From NCBI GenBank assembly GCA_907165135.1, contig OU015566.1, forward strand, positions 13,454,001 to 13,518,000: DNA of 64,000 nt, given 5' to 3'. Below are positions 24,308 to 35,929 of this stretch, piece by piece. Made by a program: the position numbers and the translations under genes. How positions within the stretch are numbered: the stretch's first letter is position 1; each line of letters opens with the position of its first letter. The DNA comes from Oikopleura dioica. Lineage: Eukaryota > Animalia > Chordata. A model generated the notes under the pieces. It ran no database searches. It worked only from the letters and a program-made list of their open reading frames with translations, and was not told the DNA's origin.

Positions 24308-26322
24308 GTTCTAATATTCTCTCTGATTTAACTAATTTAACGCTCTTTTTCCCGAAAAGTAAGGGTGTCACTGTGTTAACTTAAGTAAAAAAAAGAGCTA
24401 AAAAATCCCGTTTCTTGATGTCCTACCCCTTAATTTCACTAGAAATTAGTAAAATTACAGTTTTACAAGGCAAAAACATGCTCTTGCATCTTCATTAGTA
24501 GTAGCTCCAAGAAGCGTCGTTTAAGGTTATCAGTCCCAGCTCCTCTTAAAAATTTTAAATTTGACAGTCGAGCATGTCCCCCTTACGACATCGTGTTCAC
24601 GGAAGACGCGGTGTTCTTTTTGGTGAACAGTTTTGGCCTTTTGATTTTTGAATCCATTACGCAACGCTACGTTTTTTCGTACCGAACCCAAAATGGCAAA
24701 AGTTTTAACGCGAATGGCAAATTAAATAATTAATTGGATCAAGAGCAAATGATGAGTTTTCAGTTTTTTAAACAGCACAAATTGGACGGTCCATTTCGTC
24801 CAAATCAAAATGGCACATTCAATTACTGACCTATCATTTCTTTTTCCTTGTAATTCGGTGTCTAATTTTCCCGATTTTAGAAAGACTTTTTTTTCGACAA
24901 GGACGTGCCACGGTGGCAGGGTGCTTGTTTAGACTCTGGAGTCCAGAGTCTGGACGGGCTCTTTTTCTCTTGTCGAAAAAGAATCAACAAAAAGCTCCTA
25001 AATTGGCACCCTAACTGCGGAGACCGGGGATTAGGCAGGCTTTGGAGCAAGGGCTGGTTCAAGATTTGAGGCGTTACTGTATCAATAGTCAACAAAATCG
25101 GAGGAACGAAAAGGCGATATTTTCCGCAATAATTCGGTTAGTTTAACACGTAAATAATACTATTAACGACGACTATACTCTTAAACCTGTCCCCTCGAAC
25201 TTCAGGGCGGCTTTTTGAAGCTCCTAGAAAAATGATCGTTTCTCCAAAATTTTCTTTATCGAAACCACAAAATTGTGAGGAGGAGCGCATAAGAATTTTT
25301 GATAAAATTTCAAGGTAAAAAAATCACGAAAAAGTGGGTCATCTTTCAAGAAATCCCCATTTCCCAATTTTTTTTTTTCCAATTTTTGGGCTGTGTTTAT
25401 TTCAAAAACGCGGCCGCAAAGTGCGAGTTGGACGCTGGAATTTCATTTATATAAATTGACATCAAGGCGGCGGTGGAAATTATATCTTCTAAACCGTAAG
25501 AAATATATTTTGTTTTACGTGTTCCGCTGTTAGAAAACCCTCCACCGGCGATTATGAGAATTATTAAAAGCAAGTTTTACAAGTGTTGGTATTGAAAATT
25601 TGATTGTTTCTGCTAAAAAAAAGATGGTCGATTAAACTGTCAATAAATCATAAAAAACTGCTCTTCTGTGAGTTCCGCAAAAATTAATCAGTTCAAAAAT
25701 AGATCGATGATCACGTTACATCCTCTAGAAATAGATACGGCAAGAAAAATGACTCTTTTCTTGAAATCTGAATTGAGCAATTGAAATCATTTATGAATTA
25801 GTTTTCATCCAAGTTTATTTTAAGAAACCCGAGTTTCGACATAGCTTAATTCTATTTCGAAAAGTATGATTGATAATGACACAAGAGCGGAGTGGAACTG
25901 ACGGAAAAAAGTGTCACGTGAGAAGGATTTCCCCGGCATAACTCAAGAATTTCCAAGTGGCATCTGGAGAAAAAGCTTCGGTCAAAAATCAAATTCTTCG
26001 GTAATTCGACGCTGAGTCGACACCCTCGACTCGAAAAAGGGAAAAGCAGAGTTTTTCGAATTAACCTGTCGGCGCATATTTACCAATATTTTGTCCAAAA
26101 TTTCTTCATCCTTTTTATAGTTTCCCTTTTCTGGTGGGATTACAGTAATGGGAAACATGGTAGTGGGAATTTAGAAAGACAATGATTTCATAAGAAATTG
26201 AATCATTTTAGTGTTTTCCCGATCGAGTACCGTTGGAGTTTTCCGCCTTTGGATGAACCGCGGCCAACTCAAGAGCCGCCGCGCTCTTTCCAAAGAAAAT
26301 TTTAAAGGGCTTCAATCTCCGT

Positions 26323-27850
26323 TCAATCTTTTTTCTTTTTTTTAGAAAAGTCCTCTACCCTAATTAACGAATTCTTGTTACTGTTACCTGTTCTGTGAGA
26401 AATTGAAGAACATGTTTTTTGATCCTGAACCCATTCTTGAACCAGTTCTAGCTTGTTTTTGGGCTCTTGAATTTTGTTGAAATCGGCAACGGAAAACGAC
26501 TTGTTTGAAGTTGAAAATGCAGCTGATGATTGAGAAATGAAGAAAATCTGTTGTTGCTTTTGAGCCTTGTTTTGCGGACGACTGTTGGGAAGGTTGGCCA
26601 AGCGGGCGGTGGGAGACACGGAGCGGGAGGAACTTGATGGCACCACGGAAGCTCTAGAATTTTTAAACGTTATACACGCCCAGTGTCAACACATTTCGCA
26701 TAAGTTCTGTCATTTTTAGCATTCCCAAAAAGAGCATGAAAAAAAGAGATACCAAAATAGACTTTGACATCGAAGAATCCTACTCATTATTCAAAATAAT
26801 AATCAAAACTATAAGCCGCAACTAGGCGGATTTTTTAAACTGCATATTTCAATATTCTTATCGGCTCAAAAGTGCCTCGTTTTCTATTGAAAAGATTATT
26901 CTTATTCAAAATTTAGCCGCTAGCAGCTTTTTTCTTAGACATTTTTAGCTGCGCGCGGCTCAAATAAATATTTTCCAAGCGACAGAAATGGTAATAAAAA
27001 GCCGCGCGCGGCTAATGAAATGTGTCAAAAAATTACCTTAGTTTTCTGGGAGCATCTTTATAACTGACATGTGCTTTCTTCTTCTCCCTTTGCCTGAAGC
27101 GCGTGTATCGCTTTATACTGTTGACGACGTATTGCTCCGAAGAAGCTGGAGAGGAGAAGTCAATTTTGACGGGCTTGGCAGCTTTGAGCACCTCGATCTT
27201 CACCATGTTGGAGGTGGTGATCGAATTCGCGGAACTAGAGACCGTCTTTTTCGTGTTTTCATAATCGTGCTTTTACGAGTTTCTTTTGATACTGTATAAA
27301 GAAGAGAACGTGTTCCAGCGGTTTTAGTAAGAAGCATATTTACACCGCAGCGCGTATATTTCCAACCCAACTGGTATATTTTCTTTGTTCTGCGGATTTT
27401 CCGAAGAATTTTCTTTTGTTTAGTCAAAGTTTGAAGTTAACCCAGCCGCGCATTTTGGCTCATTTTTATCACAAAATGTGCTTTTCTTTGGCAAGAATTT
27501 TGCCAGGAAAAGACTTTGACCTCAATTTCTCCAAAATCAAAAAGCCGCATGCGGCTTTTTCTAAAAATTTCGAGTCAAAAATAAGCCGCATCTAAAAACC
27601 TATCAAAAATTTGGAAACTTTGAGCCAAGGGGTTAATTTTTTGTGTTTTTTTTTATTCAAAAAGGGTCTTTATTCCACTACGGGATAATTTCTTATTGGC
27701 TTAGATTCCTCCACGTTGCTCAAAAAAGACTCGATCTTTGAAATCTTTTCGATTGACCTTCGAGTTGCGAAAGGGATGAGTTCCAGCTGCATCCGATTTA
27801 CGCAACTGAGGAGCGCGCAAGCGGTTTAGAATCGAATTGTACCAGAACAT
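26323..27850 (-). CDS. Hypothetical basic Ser-rich protein (probably 3 exons)
   Basis: The exon ending ..DAPRKLR (GT donor near 27040) joins ASVVPSSSSRSV.. in phase 2. The putative first exon MFWYNSILNRL.. joins in phase 0. No family recognised. Confidence 0.4.
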
Positions 27851-29233
27851 GAGCTTTACGGCTCACTCAAAATCTCATCCCGCGACAATGCAATAGGAAA
27901 TCGCGGAAAGCACGTTCAGAAAAAAGGGAGGAAACAGTAATTACAAGGGAATCTCTCTTTGGACTCCAATGTTTGGAGAGTTAATATTATTAAATTGAAT
28001 TGAATTTAGCGCCGGCCTCTGTGTTTTGATTTGAGCTGTTTTGTTCGTGAACAATGGTCAATTACTAAAAAATGATGGCTAAGGTTGTCGATTGAAACAG
28101 TGAAGTTATTGGCAATTAATTCATTTTGTTTTAACAACAGTTGAAAGCAAGGAAAATATTAGTAAAAAACAGGGACACATGCTATTTCTTTGAAACAATG
28201 AGAGACCATAAATAAGCCGCCTCAATGTTTCCAACCAAAAAAAATTTTGATCTCACAGATCGTCAAAATAAAGCTCAAGATTTACACGAAAAGTCAAGTC
28301 CACTATCTTTGTTTTGAAAAAACGGCAAAAGTATTATTTTTTATACGATAAATTCATTATTGCGACAGTAAGATGTCAAGTTGAGTAAGATGTATGATAT
28401 CAAAGATAGCCTAACTCATTTTTATAAAAATTAATAATTTCTATCAAATAAAGAAACATTCCTGTCCAATTTCCGAGCTCGCGCTAGAAATATTGCTCCC
28501 CAATGCGGAATCTTCTTCATCAGTCTCTGAATTCTCAATCTTCAGCCACTTCAGCGGCTTTGTTTCCTTTTCCCTTCCTAACATCTCGCTTGATTTCTGT
28601 TGGATTTCAGAAATGCAATTTCTCTCGGTTTATTTTCAAAAATGCGAATTTAGACGTATCAAAATACGTTCTCTAAAAAAGCCGTTTTCTTTTTCGATGA
28701 AAATTCTCGATGGAAAAGATGTTGAGAAATTAAGGAAACGCGGGATCATGAATTCTCGCGGCGGCGGCTCGTGAGCGCCATCCAAAGCGCGCATAACGGC
28801 GCATGCCGCGGCTCTGTTTGTCTGCAAATCACTTGAAGCTGTCGATTTGGAACAATCAAATGAATACAACGGGCGATGATAAAGAAGTGGTAATTATTCG
28901 GCCAATTATGATACTCATGTACTCATTATGATTTATAAATTATTTTGTTTCAAAGTATATTTTCAGGCTCTAAAATCATGTAAACCATTTTTCGCGGGTC
29001 ATTTTAAATGATTTTTAAGTCATCGTAGAATTATAACGGATTAATTGTAAAAACGTCATCCGGCTATCGGAATCAAATTCTTTTGAAGCCGTGGAGAATA
29101 ACCGTTGACGCTGAAATGATAACTGACGCAAGGTGATGAATCTGGATATTCTTATTAATAAAGCAGCATTATCAATCTTACTAAAGTCGTATAAAACGAC
29201 CGCTACAACCCGAAGTTCGTCAGTTGAAAAAAA

Positions 29234-29647
29234 ATGGAACGACAATTGAGACTTTTTGAACAATCGCGGCTCAAGAAAGCTGAAGAATTTCTGGAAAAAT
29301 TGAGCGAGAGACGGACCGATTCGGCTTGTCGAAAAGCTTTGCGGAATATACAGACGACTATTCGAAGATACAAGCGTTCTGGTCTCCCCAACTTCGACAT
29401 CGATCGCCTCGGCTGCTTCGTCGACATCATCATTCAATCCGTCATCTCTTTTGCCCTCTACGCTCGGGTAGGAGTCGACAAGCTTCGTGAACGATACGGC
29501 CAAGCAGCATTCGATCATATTCGGACAAAATGCAGAGATGCTCTTTTGACCTTCTGGGAAAACGGAGCTCTTCTGGAATCAAAGCTCGACGAAGCCCTGG
29601 ACAACGGATGGAACGACCGAACCTTCATTGTTCTTCTAGCGCGATAA
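29234..29647 (+). CDS. Hypothetical protein, 137 aa
   Basis: Clean ATG-to-stop ORF with coding-like composition; may continue in a further exon. Confidence 0.5.
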   Translation: MERQLRLFEQSRLKKAEEFLEKLSERRTDSACRKALRNIQTTIRRYKRSGLPNFDIDRLGCFVDIIIQSVISFALYARVGVDKLRERYGQAAFDHIRTKCRDALLTFWENGALLESKLDEALDNGWNDRTFIVLLAR

Positions 29648-30041
29648 TTTAACTTCAAAGAAAGATGGAGGAACTCACGTTGCTCTCCGCCGCATAATTG
29701 TATAGATTGGTACTTAGAAGCTGAGATTGGCAAGATGTTCCCATCAGAAAAAAGCTCCATCAGGCGGCTGCGAGTTAGCCACTTCAAAAACCTGAAATTT
29801 TCACTAATAGCCTCTTCTTTCCTGCAACTTCGGGAAAGTGATATTCAACACTGGACAAGATAAACAAAACTTCAGCGAACAAAAATTTACTGTACTGTTC
29901 TGAAATAAGAAAAAAATCGAACATAAAGAAAAATAGAAACGAGAATATCAGTTTTTGTGTTTTATTAAAATTCAAAAATCTGCTCAACGATAGATGAATC
30001 GGAGCATCAAAAACAAAATTCTAGTGATCTGGCAGAGAAAT

Positions 30042-30960
30042 TTAGTCGAAGACCTTGAGGATCTTGGCAGGAGTGAATCGAGTTCGGCAGGTCGGGCAGT
30101 TTTTCTGTTGAAGAGCAGCGATGCAAGGTGAGCAAAAGTGATGGCCACATGTAATGAGGATGACTTGGGGATGATTGTTGTCGTAGTTTTCGAGGCACAC
30201 CTTGCATTTGAGCTTGTCATCCAATTTAGCCTGCTTAACAACAACCATGTCTTCTGAAAATATTTTTAATTCAAGCTAACTAGTAAAAATTTCTTACCTA
30301 ATTCGTCATTATCTTCCTTCATCGCCTCAGTTGAAAGAAACAAGTGACGTTTTTGAACCTTCTTGCGCCAAATTTTCTTCTGATCAAGAGCTTCATGAGC
30401 CTCTTTCGACTTCTTTTTCGCATCTTCGAGGGCTTTATCGGCATCTTCTGCGACTTTTTCAGCAGAACCTTCTTCTTCTCGGGCAGTTTCGTATTCTTTG
30501 CTGACAATCGAGAGAGTCTCGTAATTATCTACACAGGATAGTTAAAATTTCATATCAAGTGAAAAAACTTACGATCCTTCCACTTCCAGTCGTTTGCTTT
30601 TTCACAGCATGCTCCAACGAAATATTCACCAAACGAAAGTTGATCAGTTGTGCATGCTCCCACAGGACATTTGAATTTCGCATCAGATGGTTCGAACTTT
30701 GGCGGCTGATAATATCCAGTTGACTGATTGTAATAACCGCCATTGCGGTTGTAAGAATTGGATGTCTTTTTTTCTTCAGCACATGATCGGCAATAATAAT
30801 GTCCGTTGATTTTGGCAAGCGATTGAGGAAGCCTGAAAAGAAGATTCGGAAATTTACAAGATGAAATGTGAAATTTTATAAATAACGAAAATATGATAAT
30901 ACCTGTTGCACTGGAAACATTTTCCTCGTGAACCAACGCTTGCGACTTTTGCAAAATCAG
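30042..30960 (-). CDS. Zinc-finger, coiled-coil and C-terminal RING-HC protein (putative E3 ligase); 5' end unresolved
   Basis: Spliced CFQCNR..HYYCRSC, CPVGAC..CC, E/K-rich coil, then CKVCLENY..LITCGHHFCSPCI..CPTCR. Introns GT-AG. Confidence 0.8.
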
Positions 30961-31205
30961 CTGTGAAAGAGATATTTTTTAGAAGAATCTTCATTCTCTG
31001 TAAATCGAACAGTATTGGCAACAATCGCTAAAAATCAAGCGCGTTGAAGCTGGCCTAACTTTCCCTTTTTTAGCCACTCAGAAGCCGACTTCCAAAACCT
31101 TGCTGACTCATACCAAGATTTTTACCATGTGATTATCAGACTGCGATTCAGTCGAATTTTTATCTGTAGTCAATCAACGAGAAAAATATTTAACAATCAG
31201 CGATT

Positions 31206-32882
31206 TTAATGAGTTTCAATTCTTTTTCGGAAAATTGTGAAAGTGATCATACTGAGAATATTTAGCACGGCTAGAATAAGCAGTAAGGTTAGTAGGTTTA
31301 TCGAATTGCTAATGAAGAAACAGACTGCACTTGAAAGAGCATCCATGAACTAAAAAAACGACTTATGATGAAATTCTTGATCTAAATTTTGTCACCTGTT
31401 TGAGCGCAAAAGCAGAGGTCGTCTCGGTCGAAAAACCTTCAGTTACAGAAGAGAAGAGCACATTCTTCAACCCACCATCGCCAAATCCCATCAGAAAAGC
31501 GATGAGAATCGCAACATTTAGATTCGTTGATCCAAAAATATTCCAATCGGGCAGATCTTCTGTCGATGTAAAATTGGAATCGTGAGGAAAATTGACAGAA
31601 GTCAGAATGTACGAAACCAAGTGCAACAACAAAAAGCTAGAAAATATTTTATATTTTGAAATTCTAGTGCCGACTAACGTTATAGCGATGCTTGATCGAT
31701 TAAATTTGTCAAAAAACTTCGATCCAAAGACAAAAACAGCGCTAGAAACCAGCCCTCCGATTCCAGTCAACAATCCAGTGTAGCCAACTTGCGCGCTAGA
31801 ATCTTCGAGATTTTTGGAATTCCCGACGACGGTCGGGTAAACGCCACTGAGAAAGCCAAAGTAAAAGCCGGAATAGATAATGTAGGGTGCGAATAAAGCC
31901 ATATTTTTGGTGAGCAAAAGCTTGAAGGTCTTTTTGATGGTTCTGATGAACTCGAGAAATTTTTCGCTGAATGGTGTTTTTTCTTCTTTGTCTTCAATTT
32001 TCTCCGGGCCGCAGCATCTCCCCCTCAGAAACAAGAGCAAAACGCAGCCAGTTGAAGCTAGCACAGCGAAAATCGTGAAGATCGTAGTTCTCATTTCCGA
32101 GCTTACATATTTCTCCCCTTGCCAAGCGAACATGATATAAATATTGCCATTGATCATGCTGCAGAGAAAGAATGAAGAGAATATCCCCGTATTTCTGGAC
32201 ATCAGTCGCTCGGTCCCAGACTGATGATGGAGAAAATCACCTTCAGCAGTCCACAACAGTGCTCCTCCAGCTCCGTTCAAGACTTTCAATCTGGTCGATT
32301 ACTGTTTTTACGGTCAAAGGAAGATCAAAATCGACCGTTTCCTGAGACGGAATAGAGAAAAAGCGGAGTCGGGTTCAAAAAGACCAAAATATAAAGCAAG
32401 TAGGTCAGTGCCGCAATGAACATTGTTGTTTTATGCCCAAGTATGCCAACAACTCCAGGAGCGATAAAATTCGTTAGGGCGAAGGAGACATAGACGATCG
32501 ACAATGAAATGTATCCATCGCCAAGCAAGCCGTCAGCATATTCATTTTGTATCATACTGTACGTTTCATTCATCGAATTTTCTTGAAAAAACTCATTGAA
32601 AAAAGGATGAAGACAACAAAAAGTACCTTCAGAATGGTAGGTTAGCCAGTAAGTATCGTTGAAATGCAAGAAGTCCTCATCATTCTCATCCAGTTCCTCC
32701 AAAATCTCCGTCTTCAACGAGTCCGTCACATATTTCCCGATCATCGAAGTCGTCAAAAACGCAGTAAACAGTAGCATAAAGGCAAACCCAAGCAGCACAA
32801 CATTCACCAACTTCCATTTATCGCTCAATCCCTGCCGCTCTTTCTTCTCCTCATTTTCACCAAGAAAAATTTTCTCTTCCAT
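31206..32882 (-). CDS. MFSD11: UNC93-like MFS transporter
   Basis: NVVLLGFAFMLLFTAF, GYISLSIVYVSFALTNFIAP, GAGGALLWTAEG, RNTGIF, GVYPTVVG, GFGDG; last exon ends ..RIETH*. Confidence 0.85.
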
Positions 32883-33083
32883 TGTCGACCTCTGACTCAC
32901 CGAATTTTCGCCTTGGCAAATAACAAATACAAAAAAGCTCCCACCAAACTTTAGCTTGAAATTCCCCATCTAGAATTCGCATCTTTGCCTGGGGGATGAA
33001 AGAACTTATAATTATGAAACACGAGTATCGTTTATTTTGTTTGCTAAAGCGGCAGAAAAATAAGGAAAGGTTTTTTTACATCA

Positions 33084-35620
33084 TCATAAAAAGAATAAGC
33101 AAAATTGAACTTGAAGAAATAATGAAATGGAAACTACTTTTCGACGACGAGGATGTGTTTTTCGACAGAGGAACGCTCTAAAAAGGGGATGAACTCTTTT
33201 GGAATTGAAGGGAATGCTCACCATGGGTTTTTTGATATTGGAATAGACATCGATTGGTTTCTTTATCAGCTCTTTATGTAACATGCCAGCCATGAGGCCT
33301 TGGAAAGCAGCGTTGTAATCTAGTGCCACTTCATTTTGGATATAGTCTTTTCGGTCGTCCTTGAAGTTGTCTTCTGAGTCCGGCCCGCCCACTAGCGCTC
33401 CCTAGAAAGCGAAAATTATTCTTTGAAATCAACCCAAAAAACTTACGAGCAACAAGTTTGGGTTAGCATCATTTCTGTTCAAATAATTATCTCCACAGGG
33501 TTTTCCCGGGCCAGGACAAGAAGAAGCTCTGTGATGCGGCCTCGTCGGGTACTTCTTTCCGTATCCAACGACAAAGCTGCCTCCGAACTTGTTCTCTCCG
33601 AGGATGTAGTTTACTTGGTCAACAGCGAGCTTAGAAATGCTATCCGGGCGGCTTGAGTACTCCGACGCCATAAGACAGAGAAACGCTAAATTCTTTGTTT
33701 TTATCCTCGCAAAGCTGTTGATTTTTTACCTGAATTAGCCGCATAACGAAGCGGAGCCCATTTCATGACAAAAAGGAGACCCTTCTCGGTGAATTTGGCG
33801 TCGCCCTTATCAGGTTTTTTACAGTAAGTGTGGAGAGGCTCGATGTAGTTTTCGCGAAGATCGTCTCGGGTGACTTGAGCGAGGAGGAGTTGGCAGCCGA
33901 GGACTTTGTTGTCCCAACTGAACTGATTTGCGAAGCTTTAAGGAGGTCTTGGTGAGATTTTAAGGGAGAGAGCGGGAAAATGATTGATTTTTATTTTACA
34001 GCGTGACACCCTTATTTATTAAAAACTGATCAATTCAAGACCTTTCCTTGAAGAAAACATTCCCCAGTTGTAATACCGTTTCTTCGCCAATTCATAGTAG
34101 CTAATCTTCCCTGTCGCTCGGTAAAGCCAAATGCCACCCCAAATGACTTCATCCCTGTAATCAGTGGACTTGTAATAAGTCCCCACTTGAGGCACCGAAT
34201 CTGAATATTTATCTCCAGTTCCAAAGACCATCGACTTCTCGGTGTAGCTCATGAGTGCTTCTGCATATTTTATCATTTTTCGAAACTCGGTCGTTCCAGA
34301 AGTACGATTTCGATCTTCGTTCTTGAATAGTTCCTCTTCCTCTGCTTTTTTGTACACAAGACCCATCGCAGCAAAAGCCGCGGCGTAGTCAGCAGCAATG
34401 TCAGTTCCTGCTTTTTCAGTGTCGACTTTGTAAACAGGCCTCGGCATTTCTTTTCTGATGTTTTCCGGGCCGTTCCAGATTCCGTGGTCGAACTCAGGAT
34501 CACCGACGAGGACGTAAATTGCTTCCACGATGCCTTTGTTGTCAAGAATAGTCGCTTTCTCGAGCCAAGCACTTCCCCAGAGCAACAAGTCGAGCATGTT
34601 GTCCATCTCCTCCGCCGCGACATAGCTATCCCAGTAGTGCAGCGCTCCCCAAGCCAGAGTCGAGAGCGAAAAACTCAGCGGAAAGCCAAATTTCAAGTTA
34701 TCTCCAGCATCGTAATATCCTCCCGTCAAATCGACATCCGACCCGTTAACTCCCTTCCCGAATCCATCCCACAAGCAGCTGTCTTTTCTCCAAGGAATTC
34801 GGTTCTTTTCCGGAAGTTTTCCTGAGCGCTGGGCTTCGTAGAAAAGGATCGACTTTTGGAGGATTTCTTTGTAGTTGTACTTGAGTTCTTTGATCTTGGA
34901 GTCGGGGAAGGGGGTTGGACCGACTTCTCCGCAGGTGGTTTCTGTTCCATTTGTGGTGGAGTTTCCGCCGTCCAAGCATTCCTCCAGTTCTTCTTCGTTT
35001 TCCACGATATTGTCTTCGAGCTCTTCTCGTAAACCTGGAACCATACCAGTTGGTTGATCATCCTCCTCTTCTTCGTCCTCCTCATCATCTTCCTCCCCAT
35101 CCGTTTCAACCCCATCAACGCTGTCCTCTCCCTCTTCTCCTTCTTCCCCACCTTCTTCATTTTCCTCTGGCGGTGGAGGGGTTCCAGGGTCGTAGGAGAA
35201 ATTCGGATCCATTTCGTTAAAAACAATCACATCGTTAAACTTCAAAATCGCCTTTGGAGGTTTATCTTCCCCTTCAAACTTCGCTTGAAAACCGATATCA
35301 GTATATTCCCCTCCTTTCAGCGCCCCATTCCACTCGAGATTCTTCAGCGTAAAAGTGGTGGTGATATCTTTGATGTCGATCTTCTGGTTCTCTATATTCG
35401 CATTCCAGCAATCGAAACCGGCCAATTTCGTGCCGACAAAGGTCAGTTCTATTCTCCAACCGCTGGTAGTATTGACTGACCAGGGAACTTGAGCATGAAT
35501 TCGCCCTTCAAAGCCCCCTTCCCACTCATTTGTCACTTCAAAGGTCTTCTTATGGACATTCTCTTGAATCTCTTGAGCCTTGACGAAAACAAGGAAGAAT
35601 AAAAAGCGTAAAACGCTCAT
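33084..35620 (-). CDS. Secreted GH9 endo-beta-1,4-glucanase with N-terminal CBM2-like module and acidic linker; exact 3' end uncertain
   Basis: Signal peptide [18 protein letters not shown]2-like [33 protein letters not shown]9 motifs [49 protein letters not shown]. Confidence 0.92.
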
Positions 35621-35929
35621 TTTTAAAACTTGTGAAGGCCAAATCAACGAAAAGGCCTTCAAGCTCGGTAAAAAAGGAATCTGGTTTGTCTGATTAATCC
35701 AAATTTCAAGGAGCTGTATTATCGTACTAAGGCGAGTTTGCAAGTCCTAGAGCAGCCCGAGGGCAAATTGAACGTGCTCCAATAAAATGAATACCGTCGG
35801 ACACTTTTTCGCAGATTATTTTCACCGTTTATTGGTACCAATCAAGGCTCGATTTACGGAAGAATGGTGAGGTTGTAAATTTGAAGTATGAAATGATACA
35901 GAGGAGAAAACGCAGAGGAAAAGGAATGA

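Noticed and set aside
28450-28870. Possible small two-exon minus-strand gene
   Set aside because: Alternative frames are equally plausible and no motif supports either.
34030-34050. Additional GA donor in the GH9 gene
   Set aside because: A canonical GT donor of the same phase gives an equally good protein ([15 protein letters not shown]).
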